From assembly GCA_964614095.1 (NCBI GenBank), contig CAZTJO010000002.1, positions 32,043-96,042 on the forward strand: DNA of 64,000 bases, written 5' to 3'. The stretch comes from an uncultured Acidimicrobiia bacterium. GTDB lineage: Bacteria; Actinomycetota; Acidimicrobiia; Spongiisociales; UBA11373. Position numbers and translations under genes: made by a program. How positions within the stretch are numbered: position 1 is the first letter of the stretch; the number at the start of each line of letters is the position of its first letter. Shown in pieces: positions 9,615-18,466 of this stretch. The notes under the pieces were generated by a model. That model was not told the DNA's origin and searched no databases. It saw nothing but the letters and a program-made list of their open reading frames with translations.

Positions 9615-10238
9615 ATGCTGGAGCGGGTGCGGGCGGTGGGTCGTGTAACTGCGCCGTTTGTGGCTCCGGGCCGGGTGCTCGGACTGGTCGGTTCTCCGGG
9701 ACTCGGGCTCACCCGCCTCGGGCTGGCGCTGCTGGCCGATCCCGCCCATGGCGCCACGGTGGCGTTTGTCGACGTGCGGGGCTGGCTGTCACCCCTTTCC
9801 GCTTGGGAGGCGGGTATACCCCCGAAGCACCTCATTGTGGTGCGTTGTCCCGGACGGGATATTTGGGGGCAGGTGACCGCCGCTCTCCTCGAAGGGCTCT
9901 CCGCGGTGTATGCAGAGGTACCGGCCGGCGTCGACGGCAGTGTGCTGCGGCGCCTGGGCGCTCTGGCGCGGGCCCGTCGCGCCGTACTCATCCTGCGCCC
10001 GTTAAACGGCCGCCTCCCTTCCGGCTTGGCTCATCTCAAGCTTGTTGCCGAAAGGGTGCACTGGGAAGGTGCCGACTCCGGCCACGGCCGCATCGTGCGG
10101 CGCCTGCTGACTCTGCGCGCCGCCGGCAAGGGGGTAGGAGGTATCGAGTGGCTCTACGAGGTGGAGGATGAGGGCACGGACGTTGTGCGTGTGGTTTCCG
10201 AACTGGCCGCTGCGGAGGCCGGACGCGCCGCCGGATAA
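9615..10238 (+). CDS. imuA: ImuA'-like RecA-fold SOS mutagenesis protein (mutasome accessory)
   Basis: ~207-aa protein with a degenerate P-loop-like GLVGSPGLGLTRLGLALLA, directly downstream of a LexA box and upstream of imuB. Start chosen at ATG 9615 so the operator is not inside the CDS; the track ORF from 9558 would contain the box. Confidence 0.6.
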   Translation: MLERVRAVGRVTAPFVAPGRVLGLVGSPGLGLTRLGLALLADPAHGATVAFVDVRGWLSPLSAWEAGIPPKHLIVVRCPGRDIWGQVTAALLEGLSAVYAEVPAGVDGSVLRRLGALARARRAVLILRPLNGRLPSGLAHLKLVAERVHWEGADSGHGRIVRRLLTLRAAGKGVGGIEWLYEVEDEGTDVVRVVSELAAAEAGRAAG

Positions 10239-11613
10239 CCCCTGCCAGGTGGTCGGCGCCGACGGGGTGGTGACTGCGGCCAACGATCTCGCCTTTGCCG
10301 GCGGTGTTCGAGTTGGCATGCCGCGCCGCCGCGCCGAGACCCTGTGTCCGTCGGTCGTTACCCTGCCCGCCGATCCCGGTGCAGAGGCGGCCGCTTTCGA
10401 GATGGTGGCGCGAGCTGTGGAAACGGTGGCCCCCGGTGTCGAGATTGCCGAACCGGGGCTGCTGTTCCTCAACGTCTCTGGAGCTGTGCGCTATTACGGG
10501 GGCGAGGAGCCTCTTGTCGTCCGCGTCGGTCAGGCGGTTGGGGAGGTGGCTTCCGGGGCCCGGCTCGGCCTTGCCGATGGTCCTTTTGCCGCCCGCATGG
10601 CCGCGGCCGAAGGCGCGGCCATAGTCACCGACACCGATGGTTTTGTCGCCGGTCTCGACATCAGCACACTCGGAGTGCCCGAGATCGTCGGCACCTTCCG
10701 CTGGCTGGGGGTTACCACGCTTGGAGACCTGGCGGCGCTGCCGCGTGAAGCCGTGGCGTCGCGTTTTGGCCAGCCCGGTTTGGAGGTATACCGGCTGGCC
10801 CGTGGCGAGGACCGGGAGGTGTCCCCCCAACCGGTGCCACAGGATATGGAGGCCGAGGAGCGTTTTGATCCGCCGCTGCAAAACTTGGAGCAGGCGGCGT
10901 TTGCCGCCAGGTCGCTGGCGCACCGGCTCCTTGAAGTCGCCGCTCCGGGAATTCCGCACCTGGTAGTGGTGGAGGCCACGTCGGCGGCAGGCGAGGTTCG
11001 ATCCCGCACCTGGCGCAGCGCCGATCCTTTCACCGAGGGCGAGATGGCGGAGCGGATTCGCTGGCAGCTGCGGGCCTGGGTGGAGGGGGGCGGCATTCCC
11101 GGGGGCATGGCACGGCTGCGCCTCGTTCCCGGCGATCGCTCCGATTCAGGGCGCCAGATGTGTTTTGGTGAGGATGTCGCCGCGGCGGCGGAGTCTCGGC
11201 GCGCCCTGGCTCGCGCCCAGGCGCTCGTTGGTCCCGATGCCGTGCTGCAAGCAGTGCCGCAGGGAGGCAGGGAGCCGGGTGAGCGGGTCCGCTGGTATCG
11301 GTGGGGCGAGCCGGCGCCGCTGCCGATACACGACCCGAAGGCGCTGTGGCCCGGCCGCCTGCCCGATCCGGCGCCGGCGCTCTTGCCTCCGCCGCGCCGG
11401 GTGGAGGTGGAGTGGGATGGAGAATGCCCCGTTCGCATGCGGCTGGGGAGCCGCTGGGAGAAGGTGCACAATTGGGCCGGGCCGTGGCGGCGCACCGGTC
11501 GCTGGTGGGATGGGGAGCAGCACGCCGACCGCTATCAGATCGTCACCGGGGCCGGCGCATTCCTCTGCGAGCTGCACGATGGGGACTGTTACCTGGTCGG
11601 CATCTACGACTGA
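10168..11613 (+). CDS. imuB: ImuB (Y-family polymerase-like, catalytically inactive mutasome scaffold)
   Basis: N-terminus RTLCVWFPNWPL resembles the ImuB W-CPDWP start. UmuC/DinB-like fold segments (VGMPRRRAETLCP...). 481 aa. Overlaps the imuA' end by 70 nt in a different frame. Confidence 0.75.
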   Translation: MRARTLCVWFPNWPLRRPDAPPDNPCQVVGADGVVTAANDLAFAGGVRVGMPRRRAETLCPSVVTLPADPGAEAAAFEMVARAVETVAPGVEIAEPGLLFLNVSGAVRYYGGEEPLVVRVGQAVGEVASGARLGLADGPFAARMAAAEGAAIVTDTDGFVAGLDISTLGVPEIVGTFRWLGVTTLGDLAALPREAVASRFGQPGLEVYRLARGEDREVSPQPVPQDMEAEERFDPPLQNLEQAAFAARSLAHRLLEVAAPGIPHLVVVEATSAAGEVRSRTWRSADPFTEGEMAERIRWQLRAWVEGGGIPGGMARLRLVPGDRSDSGRQMCFGEDVAAAAESRRALARAQALVGPDAVLQAVPQGGREPGERVRWYRWGEPAPLPIHDPKALWPGRLPDPAPALLPPPRRVEVEWDGECPVRMRLGSRWEKVHNWAGPWRRTGRWWDGEQHADRYQIVTGAGAFLCELHDGDCYLVGIYD

Positions 11614-11644
11614 CCGGCGATTCTGCCCGCTACTCTCCGCCCTT

Positions 11645-12241
11645 GTGGATCGGAAGAGATGGGATCAGCGCCATTGCCAGAGCGATTATGTGACCGCGGC
11701 CGAGCCGAATAGGTTCCTGGCCGAGACGGTGGCCGCATTCGAGCCCGGTCGGGCCCTCGACCTGGCCGCAGGCCAGGGCCGCAACGCCGTTTGGCTGGCG
11801 GAGCAGGGGTGGGCGGTGACGGCGGTCGAGTGGTCGGGCGTGGCCGTCGAGCGCGGGCGCGAGCTGGCGGAGCGTCGGGGAGTATCCGTCGATTGGATCC
11901 TCGCCGATCTGCGGGAGTGGAAGCCGCCCCTGCAGGCTTTTGAGCTTGTGGTGATCTCCTATCTGCATCCACCCAGGGCGGAGCAGCGAGTCCTCTGGCT
12001 GATGGCGGCGGGAGCGGTGACGGCCGGGGGGCACTTCGTTGTGATTGGGCACGACCTGCGCAATCTCAGCGACGGTGCCGGCGGGCCCGGTGATCCTGAG
12101 CATCTCTATACGGCGGGGGACGTCGTCGAGGCTCTCGGCGGGGAGTTCGAGATCATCCGTGCCGAGGAGGTCCTGCGTGCCGTCGAAGGCGCGCCGTCTG
12201 CCATCGACAACATTGTGGTGGCGAGGCGGTCTTCGGCCTAG
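11645..12241 (+). CDS. Class I SAM-dependent methyltransferase (TehB-like small MTase); start uncertain (GTG 11645 or GTG 11690)
   Basis: LDLAAGQGRNAVWLAEQGWAVTAVEWS is a Rossmann SAM motif; ELVVISYLHPP is motif-II-like. It lies 30-75 bp after the imuB stop on the same strand. Confidence 0.6.
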   Translation: MDRKRWDQRHCQSDYVTAAEPNRFLAETVAAFEPGRALDLAAGQGRNAVWLAEQGWAVTAVEWSGVAVERGRELAERRGVSVDWILADLREWKPPLQAFELVVISYLHPPRAEQRVLWLMAAGAVTAGGHFVVIGHDLRNLSDGAGGPGDPEHLYTAGDVVEALGGEFEIIRAEEVLRAVEGAPSAIDNIVVARRSSA

Positions 12242-13002
12242 CGGCGCCGAGCCGAATCCTGGTGGCGAATACGTTCGTGGGTGGCGCCGACTATCTCATG
12301 AACCCGGGAGCGCAGGGCGTCGATGTCGTCGGAGCCGAGGCCGGCGGTGGGAATGGGCTCGTGGAACACCATCTTGGCCCGGCCTCTCCGGATGATCTTC
12401 GATTCAGGCGGCCAGATCTCGTAGAGGCCGGCGATGGCGACGGGAAGCACCGGCATGCCGTTGTCGATGGCGATGCGGAAGGCTCCTTTCTTGAATTCGT
12501 GCAGCTCGCCATCGCGAGAGCGGGTGCCCTCCGGGTAGACGATGAGCGACCGCCCCATCTCCACTACCCGGGCCACCTGTTCGTTGATCTTGCGGTGGGC
12601 GGCGGCACGGGCTTGGCGATCCGTCTCCACCATGCCGATGGAGCGCATGGCGCGGCCGAATATGGGGATCTTGTACAGCTCCTTCTTGGCAAGGAAGCGG
12701 ATCCCGACGGGCACAAAGGCGAGGTGGAACGGGGCATCCAGGTTCGAGATATGGTTCGAGACGAAAACGTAGGATTGGGCGGCGTCCACGTGCTCGATGC
12801 CTTCAAAGGTGGCCCGGACCCCGCAGGCGGCGCAGAAGACTCTTCCCCAGCTGCGCGCCACGGTATCTACATGTGGTGAGGTGGGCCGGAACCTGGTGAA
12901 CACGATGAGATAGCTGGAGACGGCAATGGTGTACAGCACCGCGATGGTGAGTCCCACTGCGGTGCGGATGGCCGAGCCGACGGTGCCCAGGGTCTTGAGC
13001 AT
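12238..13002 (-). CDS. plsC: 1-acyl-sn-glycerol-3-phosphate acyltransferase (lysophospholipid acyltransferase)
   Basis: HX4D motif (SNHISNLD), FLAKKELYKIPIFG and PEGTRS motifs. N-terminal TM segment. Confidence 0.85.
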   Translation of the reverse strand: MLKTLGTVGSAIRTAVGLTIAVLYTIAVSSYLIVFTRFRPTSPHVDTVARSWGRVFCAACGVRATFEGIEHVDAAQSYVFVSNHISNLDAPFHLAFVPVGIRFLAKKELYKIPIFGRAMRSIGMVETDRQARAAAHRKINEQVARVVEMGRSLIVYPEGTRSRDGELHEFKKGAFRIAIDNGMPVLPVAIAGLYEIWPPESKIIRRGRAKMVFHEPIPTAGLGSDDIDALRSRVHEIVGATHERIRHQDSARRR

Positions 13003-13117
13003 GCAGTTAGGCTACCCCGGCCGTACGAGGGAAGGCCGCACCGGGCATGGGCTGCGAATGGAGTAGGACGAGGGCGGTGCTCGTTGTTCGCGCCGAGCCG
13101 TCGGCGCCCTCCGGATC

Positions 13118-14323
13118 ATGAGGCGAATCGATCTGCAGCGTGCCCGGCGGCTGGCACTCGGCGCACAGGGGCTTGCCGAGCCCCGCCCCTCGGGCCGGGT
13201 CGATGTACGCCATCTGCGCCGGCTGATGCGCCGCATCGGGGCGCTCCAGATTGATTCGGTGAATGCCATCGAGCGGGCGCACCACCTCACCTTGTTCTCC
13301 CGGCTGGGAAGCCACGACCGCAGCCTGCTGTGGCGCGCGTTTGAGAACCACCGGCTTCTGTTCGAGTACTGGGGTCACGAGGCGTCGTTTCTTCCCATCG
13401 AGGACTACCCGCTGTTCCGGCACCGCATGGACGAGATGCACCCGTGGGTCAGGGTGGATCGGCTGAACCGGGAGCACCCGGGCTATGTGGAGCGGGTTCT
13501 CGATGAGGTGCACGAGGTGGGTCCGGTGGGCGCCGCCGACCTCTCCGACCCCGGCGAGTGCAAAGGCCCGTGGTGGGGCTGGAACCGCGGCAAGGTGGCC
13601 CTGGAGTGGCTGTTCGCCACCGGCAGGCTCGCCATCGCCGGGCGGCACAATTTCGCCCGTCGCTACGACGTGCCGGAACGGGTGATCCCGCCTGAGTATC
13701 TCCAGGCACCGCCGGTGCCACGCCCCGAGGCACATCGGCGCCTGCTGTTGATGGCGGCGCGCGCCTGTGGGGTGGCTACGGCCAAGGACCTGGCCGACTA
13801 CTACCGGATTCCCCTAGTGGCGGCGCGCCTCGCTCTCGCCGCCCTGGCCGAGGAGGGGACGCTGGAGCTTGTGGAAGTCGAGGGCTGGCGGCAGCCCGCC
13901 TACGTGCATCCGGAGGTGCCGGTGCCGCGCCGGCCGAGTCGGGCTGCCCTGCTGTGCCCCTTCGACCCGGTCGTGTGGAACCGGGAGCGGGTGGAGCGGG
14001 TCTTCGGCTTCAGCTACCGGATCGAGATCTACGTGCCTCGGCCCCAGCGCCGCTGGGGCTACTACGTCCTCCCGTTTCTGCTTGGGGATCGGCTGGTGGC
14101 CCGGGTTGATGTCAAGGCCGATCGCAGCCGCGGCTTGCTGCTGGTGCCCGGGGCCTTCATCGAGTCGGGGGAAGAGCCGGGCCGAGTGGTGCCGCCCCTG
14201 GTCGCAGAGCTGGAGCACCTGGCGTCCTGGCTCGGCCTCGAGGCGGTGACGGTTGGCGAATTCGGAGATCTGGCCCCGCCGCTGCACCGGGCATTCCCAG
14301 ATCGGCATGTATCACAGGACTAG
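13118..14323 (+). CDS. YcaQ/AlkZ-family winged-helix DNA glycosylase (DUF1006; interstrand-crosslink unhooking)
   Basis: ~400 aa with the N-terminal wHTH architecture of DUF1006. Contains RIGALQIDSVN, i.e. a Q-Phi-D catalytic motif of YcaQ type. Confidence 0.65.
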   Translation: MRRIDLQRARRLALGAQGLAEPRPSGRVDVRHLRRLMRRIGALQIDSVNAIERAHHLTLFSRLGSHDRSLLWRAFENHRLLFEYWGHEASFLPIEDYPLFRHRMDEMHPWVRVDRLNREHPGYVERVLDEVHEVGPVGAADLSDPGECKGPWWGWNRGKVALEWLFATGRLAIAGRHNFARRYDVPERVIPPEYLQAPPVPRPEAHRRLLLMAARACGVATAKDLADYYRIPLVAARLALAALAEEGTLELVEVEGWRQPAYVHPEVPVPRRPSRAALLCPFDPVVWNRERVERVFGFSYRIEIYVPRPQRRWGYYVLPFLLGDRLVARVDVKADRSRGLLLVPGAFIESGEEPGRVVPPLVAELEHLASWLGLEAVTVGEFGDLAPPLHRAFPDRHVSQD

Positions 14324-14363
14324 CCTCGGCCGAGGAGAGCGCGGCGAGTCAAGGAGGTCGGGG

Positions 14364-15266
14364 ATGATCGAGTTCCAGGACCGTGTCGCCATCGTCACCG
14401 GTGCCGGGCGGGGGCTCGGTGCCAGCCATGCCAGATTGCTGGCTTCCAGAGGAGCCGCCGTCGTCGTCAACGACTCCGGGGTCGCCGCCGATGGGAGTGG
14501 CGCCGAGACCCGACCCGCCGACGAAGTGGTTGCCGAGATAACCGAGGCGGGCGGCACCGCCGTTGCCGACTACTCCTCGGTAGCCGAGCCGGCCGGCGGC
14601 GAGGCCGTCGTGGCCACGGCCGTCGACGAATACGGGCGGATGGACATCCTCGTGAACAACGCCGGCATACTGCGCGACAAGGCCTTTCACAACCTGGAGT
14701 GGCCCGATGTCGATGCGGTGCTTGATGTACACCTGAGGGGCTCCTTTTTTGTCACCCGGCCTGCTCTCAGGGTCATGCGTGAGCAGTCGTACGGACGTAT
14801 CGTCATGACTGCGTCTAATGCGGGCATCCTGGGCAATTTCGGTCAGTCGAACTACGGCGCGGCCAAGATGGGCGTCGTCGGCCTCGCCAACGTTCTCAAG
14901 CTCGAGGGGGCCAAGTACAACATCAGGGTCAACGTGCTGGCTCCTGTGGCCCGCACCCGGATGACCGAGCAGCTTCTGGGACCGGTGGCGGAGAAGCTTG
15001 ATCCCGAGATGGTCTCGCCCGTGGTGGCGTTCTTCTGCTCCGAGGAGTGCGCGTTCACCGGAGAGATCTGGTCGGTGGCCGGCGGCAATGTGAGCCGCTT
15101 CTTCATCGCCCGCACCACCGGCTACTTCAAACCTCCAGCGGAGGGGCCTCTCAGCGTTGAAGACGTCGCCGCCAACGTGGACCGAATTCGTGACGAGGCC
15201 GACTATTCGGTGCTCGGGTCTGCCACCGAGGAGCTGCAGGCTCTGGCGCCCCGGCTCTTCTCGTAG
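14364..15266 (+). CDS. SDR-family oxidoreductase (MFE-2/FabG-like short-chain dehydrogenase)
   Basis: TGAGRGLG cofactor motif, NNAG, and the catalytic S...YxxxK (SNYGAAK). AAGGAGG RBS 7 nt upstream of ATG 14364. Confidence 0.85.
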   Translation: MIEFQDRVAIVTGAGRGLGASHARLLASRGAAVVVNDSGVAADGSGAETRPADEVVAEITEAGGTAVADYSSVAEPAGGEAVVATAVDEYGRMDILVNNAGILRDKAFHNLEWPDVDAVLDVHLRGSFFVTRPALRVMREQSYGRIVMTASNAGILGNFGQSNYGAAKMGVVGLANVLKLEGAKYNIRVNVLAPVARTRMTEQLLGPVAEKLDPEMVSPVVAFFCSEECAFTGEIWSVAGGNVSRFFIARTTGYFKPPAEGPLSVEDVAANVDRIRDEADYSVLGSATEELQALAPRLFS

Positions 15267-15269
15267 CCG

Positions 15270-17552
15270 GTGTTGCGGCCAGCATCCACAGCAGGCAAGG
15301 CCGAGTGGCGAGAGTGGGGGCGCGCCATACGATCCGGGCTCGACCTGCACGCCATCTCGATGCATATCGTCGGTGGACTGCGCCGCTGGGGAGGCCTGCC
15401 CGGTGCCCGAGTGCTGCTCTATCAGCCTCTCCCCGATGAGCCGGATATCACCGCACTCCGCTTCGAAGCGGCGTCGTTCCTGACCCGTACCCCCGAGCGT
15501 GGTGAGCTCACCGTGCATCCCTTCGCGGGCCCGATGGAGCGGCACCGCTTCGGTTTCTTGCAGCCGAGGGATTCGGCGCCCGTGGTGGACCCGGCGCAGA
15601 TCGATGTAGCCCTGGTGCCCGGCGTCGTATTTGATGCTCAGGGGGTGCGCCTGGGGCGGGGGTCGGGATACCTCGATCGGTTCCTGGCCCGTCTCCGCCC
15701 CGACGCGCTCCGCATCGGAGTGGCCCCCTCGGAACTCGTTGTTGATCGGTTGCCCGTCGCCGAGCACGACGTCCCGATGACCCACCTCGCCACCGAGGCG
15801 GGTGTGGCGGCCGTAGGTGATGCGCTCGGGGCGGCGCTTCCGGAGGAGCTGCTGGTGAAGACGCGGGCCTGGATTGCCGGTGATCCCGACCCGGAGACCC
15901 GGGCGCAGCTGGAGCGCCTCATTGCGCTCGGCGCGGTCGACGAGCTGTCGGAACGTATGGCGGGCAGCCTCGAGTTCGGTACCGCAGGGATTCGTGGGGC
16001 GGTGGAGGCCGGCTCGAATCGAATGAATCGGGCCACGGTGATCCGAACCACAAAGGGATTGGCCGACTACCTCATCGAATTTCGGCCCGAGGGCGGGCCG
16101 GTGGTAGTGGGCTACGACGCCCGGCTCAGCAGCCCGACTTTTGCCGCCGACGCCGTTGCCGTGCTTGTTGCCGCCGGCATTCCCGTGCGGTATTTCGAGG
16201 AGCCGGTTCCCACCCCGCTTGTGGCCTACGCCGCACGTGTCTTCGGAGCCCGGGCTGCGGTGGTGGTGACGGCCAGCCACAATCCGCCGCGGGACAACGG
16301 CTACAAGGTGTACGACGCCAACGCCGCTCAGATCATCCCGCCGGTGGATACCGAGATTGCCGATTCCATCGAACGGGTGGGGGCCGCCGCCGATGTCCCC
16401 CGCTGTGAAGGAGCGCTTGAGGGGGAAAACGAACAGGCCGTGCCGATCGAGCCGGCGTGGCAAGAGAGATACGTCGACGATCTCCTCGGGATCCGGCCAC
16501 AAGGTGAGGCCGACCGCGATCTGTGCATCGTCTACTCGCCGCTGCACGGCGTGGCCGGACACCTGGCCGAGCGGTCGCTCGCCGCCGCCGGCTACCACGA
16601 GGTGCACACGGTCCCGGAACAGGCCGAGCCCAACGGCCGTTTCCCCACGGTCCCTTTCCCCAATCCCGAAGAGCCCGGCGCTCTAGACCTCGCCCTCGGC
16701 CTCGCCGGCGACGTCGGCGCCGATTTGGTGCTCGCCAACGATCCCGACGGTGACCGGCTCGCCGTCTGCCTCCCCGGCCCGGAAGGGTGGGTGCATCTCA
16801 CCGGCAACCAGACCGGCATCGTGCTCGGGGACTTCCTCCTCGAGAAGTATGCGGGCGAGGCTCCTCCACTGGTGATCAGCAGCATCGTCTCCTCGCCGAT
16901 GCTGGCGGCCGTCGCTGCTGCTCACGGGGCTCGCTACGAGTCCACCCTCACCGGGTTCAAGTGGATCGCCAATGCCGCTCTTGATCTCGAGGAGGCCGAG
17001 GGGCTGGAGTTCGTCTTCGGGTACGAAGAGGCCATCGGGTACACGGTGGGCCGGCTGGTTCGGGACAAGGACGGTGTCTCCGCCGCCGTGGTCTTTGCCG
17101 ATCTGGTGGCACAGGATCGGGCACGGGGAAAAACGGTCTTTGATCGCCTGGAGCGCCTGTACCGGCAGCATGGGCTCTGGGTCGGCACCCAGCTCAGTGT
17201 GATGCGGCCTGGTGAGCAGGGGGCGGCCGAGATCAATGCCGCCATGGACGGGTTGGCGGAGCACACCCCGGCGGTGCTCGGCGGATTTGAGGTCGATGCG
17301 GTTCTCGATTTTCGCGCCGGCGCCGAGAAACGTCCCCGGTGGCTGCCGGCGGCGGCGCTCGTCGTTTTTGATCTCGGGGCGGCGGGCCGGGCCCTGGTCC
17401 GGCCCAGCGGCACCGAACCCAAACTGAAGATCTACGTCGACCTACGCCGTGAGCTCGGGGCCGGCGACGAGCCGAGCGGCGCCGAGGCGGCGGCCCGGGA
17501 CCAGGCGGGACGGATTGCCTCGGATCTCGCCAAGTTCCTCGGATTCAGCTAG
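15270..17552 (+). CDS. In-frame fusion: N-terminal 5-formyltetrahydrofolate cyclo-ligase domain (~aa 1-180) + C-terminal phosphomannomutase/phosphoglucomutase
   Basis: The 5-FCL signature FDAQGVRLGRGSGYLDRF (GxGxGYYDR) and HDVPMTHLATE lie at the domain end. They are followed, without a stop, by the alpha-D-phosphohexomutase active site TASHNPPRDNGYKV and Mg loop. Confidence 0.8.
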   Translation: MLRPASTAGKAEWREWGRAIRSGLDLHAISMHIVGGLRRWGGLPGARVLLYQPLPDEPDITALRFEAASFLTRTPERGELTVHPFAGPMERHRFGFLQPRDSAPVVDPAQIDVALVPGVVFDAQGVRLGRGSGYLDRFLARLRPDALRIGVAPSELVVDRLPVAEHDVPMTHLATEAGVAAVGDALGAALPEELLVKTRAWIAGDPDPETRAQLERLIALGAVDELSERMAGSLEFGTAGIRGAVEAGSNRMNRATVIRTTKGLADYLIEFRPEGGPVVVGYDARLSSPTFAADAVAVLVAAGIPVRYFEEPVPTPLVAYAARVFGARAAVVVTASHNPPRDNGYKVYDANAAQIIPPVDTEIADSIERVGAAADVPRCEGALEGENEQAVPIEPAWQERYVDDLLGIRPQGEADRDLCIVYSPLHGVAGHLAERSLAAAGYHEVHTVPEQAEPNGRFPTVPFPNPEEPGALDLALGLAGDVGADLVLANDPDGDRLAVCLPGPEGWVHLTGNQTGIVLGDFLLEKYAGEAPPLVISSIVSSPMLAAVAAAHGARYESTLTGFKWIANAALDLEEAEGLEFVFGYEEAIGYTVGRLVRDKDGVSAAVVFADLVAQDRARGKTVFDRLERLYRQHGLWVGTQLSVMRPGEQGAAEINAAMDGLAEHTPAVLGGFEVDAVLDFRAGAEKRPRWLPAAALVVFDLGAAGRALVRPSGTEPKLKIYVDLRRELGAGDEPSGAEAAARDQAGRIASDLAKFLGFS

Positions 17553-17665
17553 CGAACGGCGACTGGTTCCCCTCATCGGACAACAACCGACCTAGCCGCG
17601 GTGTTGTCGGGCGGTGGCGGGGGCGATCGGGGCTAGCCTGGTTCCCTCCCCACGAGAAGGTCGAG

Positions 17666-18466
17666 GTGACGCAGAAGCGTCCTGCCCAGAAGCGGCCGGG
17701 GCCGGCAACTGCAGTGCCGCAGTCGGGTTCTGCCGCCGGTTCGGTATGGGTGATCCTGCCCACGTACAACGAGGCGGAGAACCTCGCCGAAGTCGTGGCG
17801 CGCGTGCTGGAGCACCCCTATTCCGTTCTTGTCGTCGATGACAACTCAGCGGATGGCACCGGTCGGCTCGCCGACGAGCTCGCCGCCGCGGAGCCGCGCC
17901 TCTCCGTGCTCCATCGCCCCGCCAAGCAGGGTCTCGGCCCGGCCTATGCCGAGGGTTTTGCTGTGGCCCTGGCCGCGGGCGCCGAGACACTCTGCGGAAT
18001 GGATGCCGATCTCTCTCACGATCCGGCCCAGCTCCCCACGCTTGTTGCCGCCATCGACAACGGGGCCGATCTCGCCATCGGGAGCCGGTTTGTGCCCGGC
18101 GGAGCCATCGAAGGATGGCCGCGCCGCCGGCGTTTCCTGTCCCGCGGGGGCAACCGCTACGCCCGTTTTATGCTTGGTACTCCGATGCGAGACCTCACCA
18201 GCGGCTTCCGCGCCTTCCGGGCGGACGCGCTGCGGCGACTCCGGGCCGATACCTGCCGTTCGGCGGGTTATGTCTTCCTGGTGGAGATGGCGTGGCGGGC
18301 GCATCTGCTCGGCTGCAAGGTTGTCGAGGTTCCGATCACGTTCCGGGAACGATGCCGAGGGGAATCCAAGCTCGACGGGCGCATCATTCGGGAGGCCATG
18401 TGGCTGGTGACCCGCTGGGGAATGGGAAGGCTGCTGCGGCGGCGGCCTGAGGGTTTTGCGACGTGA
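17666..18466 (+). CDS. ppm1: Polyprenol-phosphate mannose synthase (GT2; Ppm1/DPM1-like)
   Basis: VILPTYNEAENL, VVDDNSADGT and DADLSHDP motifs of GT2 dolichyl/polyprenyl-phosphate mannosyltransferases. Confidence 0.85.
   Translation: MTQKRPAQKRPGPATAVPQSGSAAGSVWVILPTYNEAENLAEVVARVLEHPYSVLVVDDNSADGTGRLADELAAAEPRLSVLHRPAKQGLGPAYAEGFAVALAAGAETLCGMDADLSHDPAQLPTLVAAIDNGADLAIGSRFVPGGAIEGWPRRRRFLSRGGNRYARFMLGTPMRDLTSGFRAFRADALRRLRADTCRSAGYVFLVEMAWRAHLLGCKVVEVPITFRERCRGESKLDGRIIREAMWLVTRWGMGRLLRRRPEGFAT

Noticed and set aside
14349-16607. 752-aa minus-strand ORF antisense to the SDR and 5-FCL/PMM genes
   Set aside because: No recognisable domain, Arg/Gly/Pro-rich composition typical of spurious antisense ORFs in high-GC DNA. 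The sense strand has unambiguous enzyme motifs.
17553-17665. Imperfect inverted repeat (GACAACA/TGTTGTC) between the PMM and ppm1 genes
   Set aside because: Stem only ~7 bp with mismatches. Cannot be distinguished from chance without folding energy.
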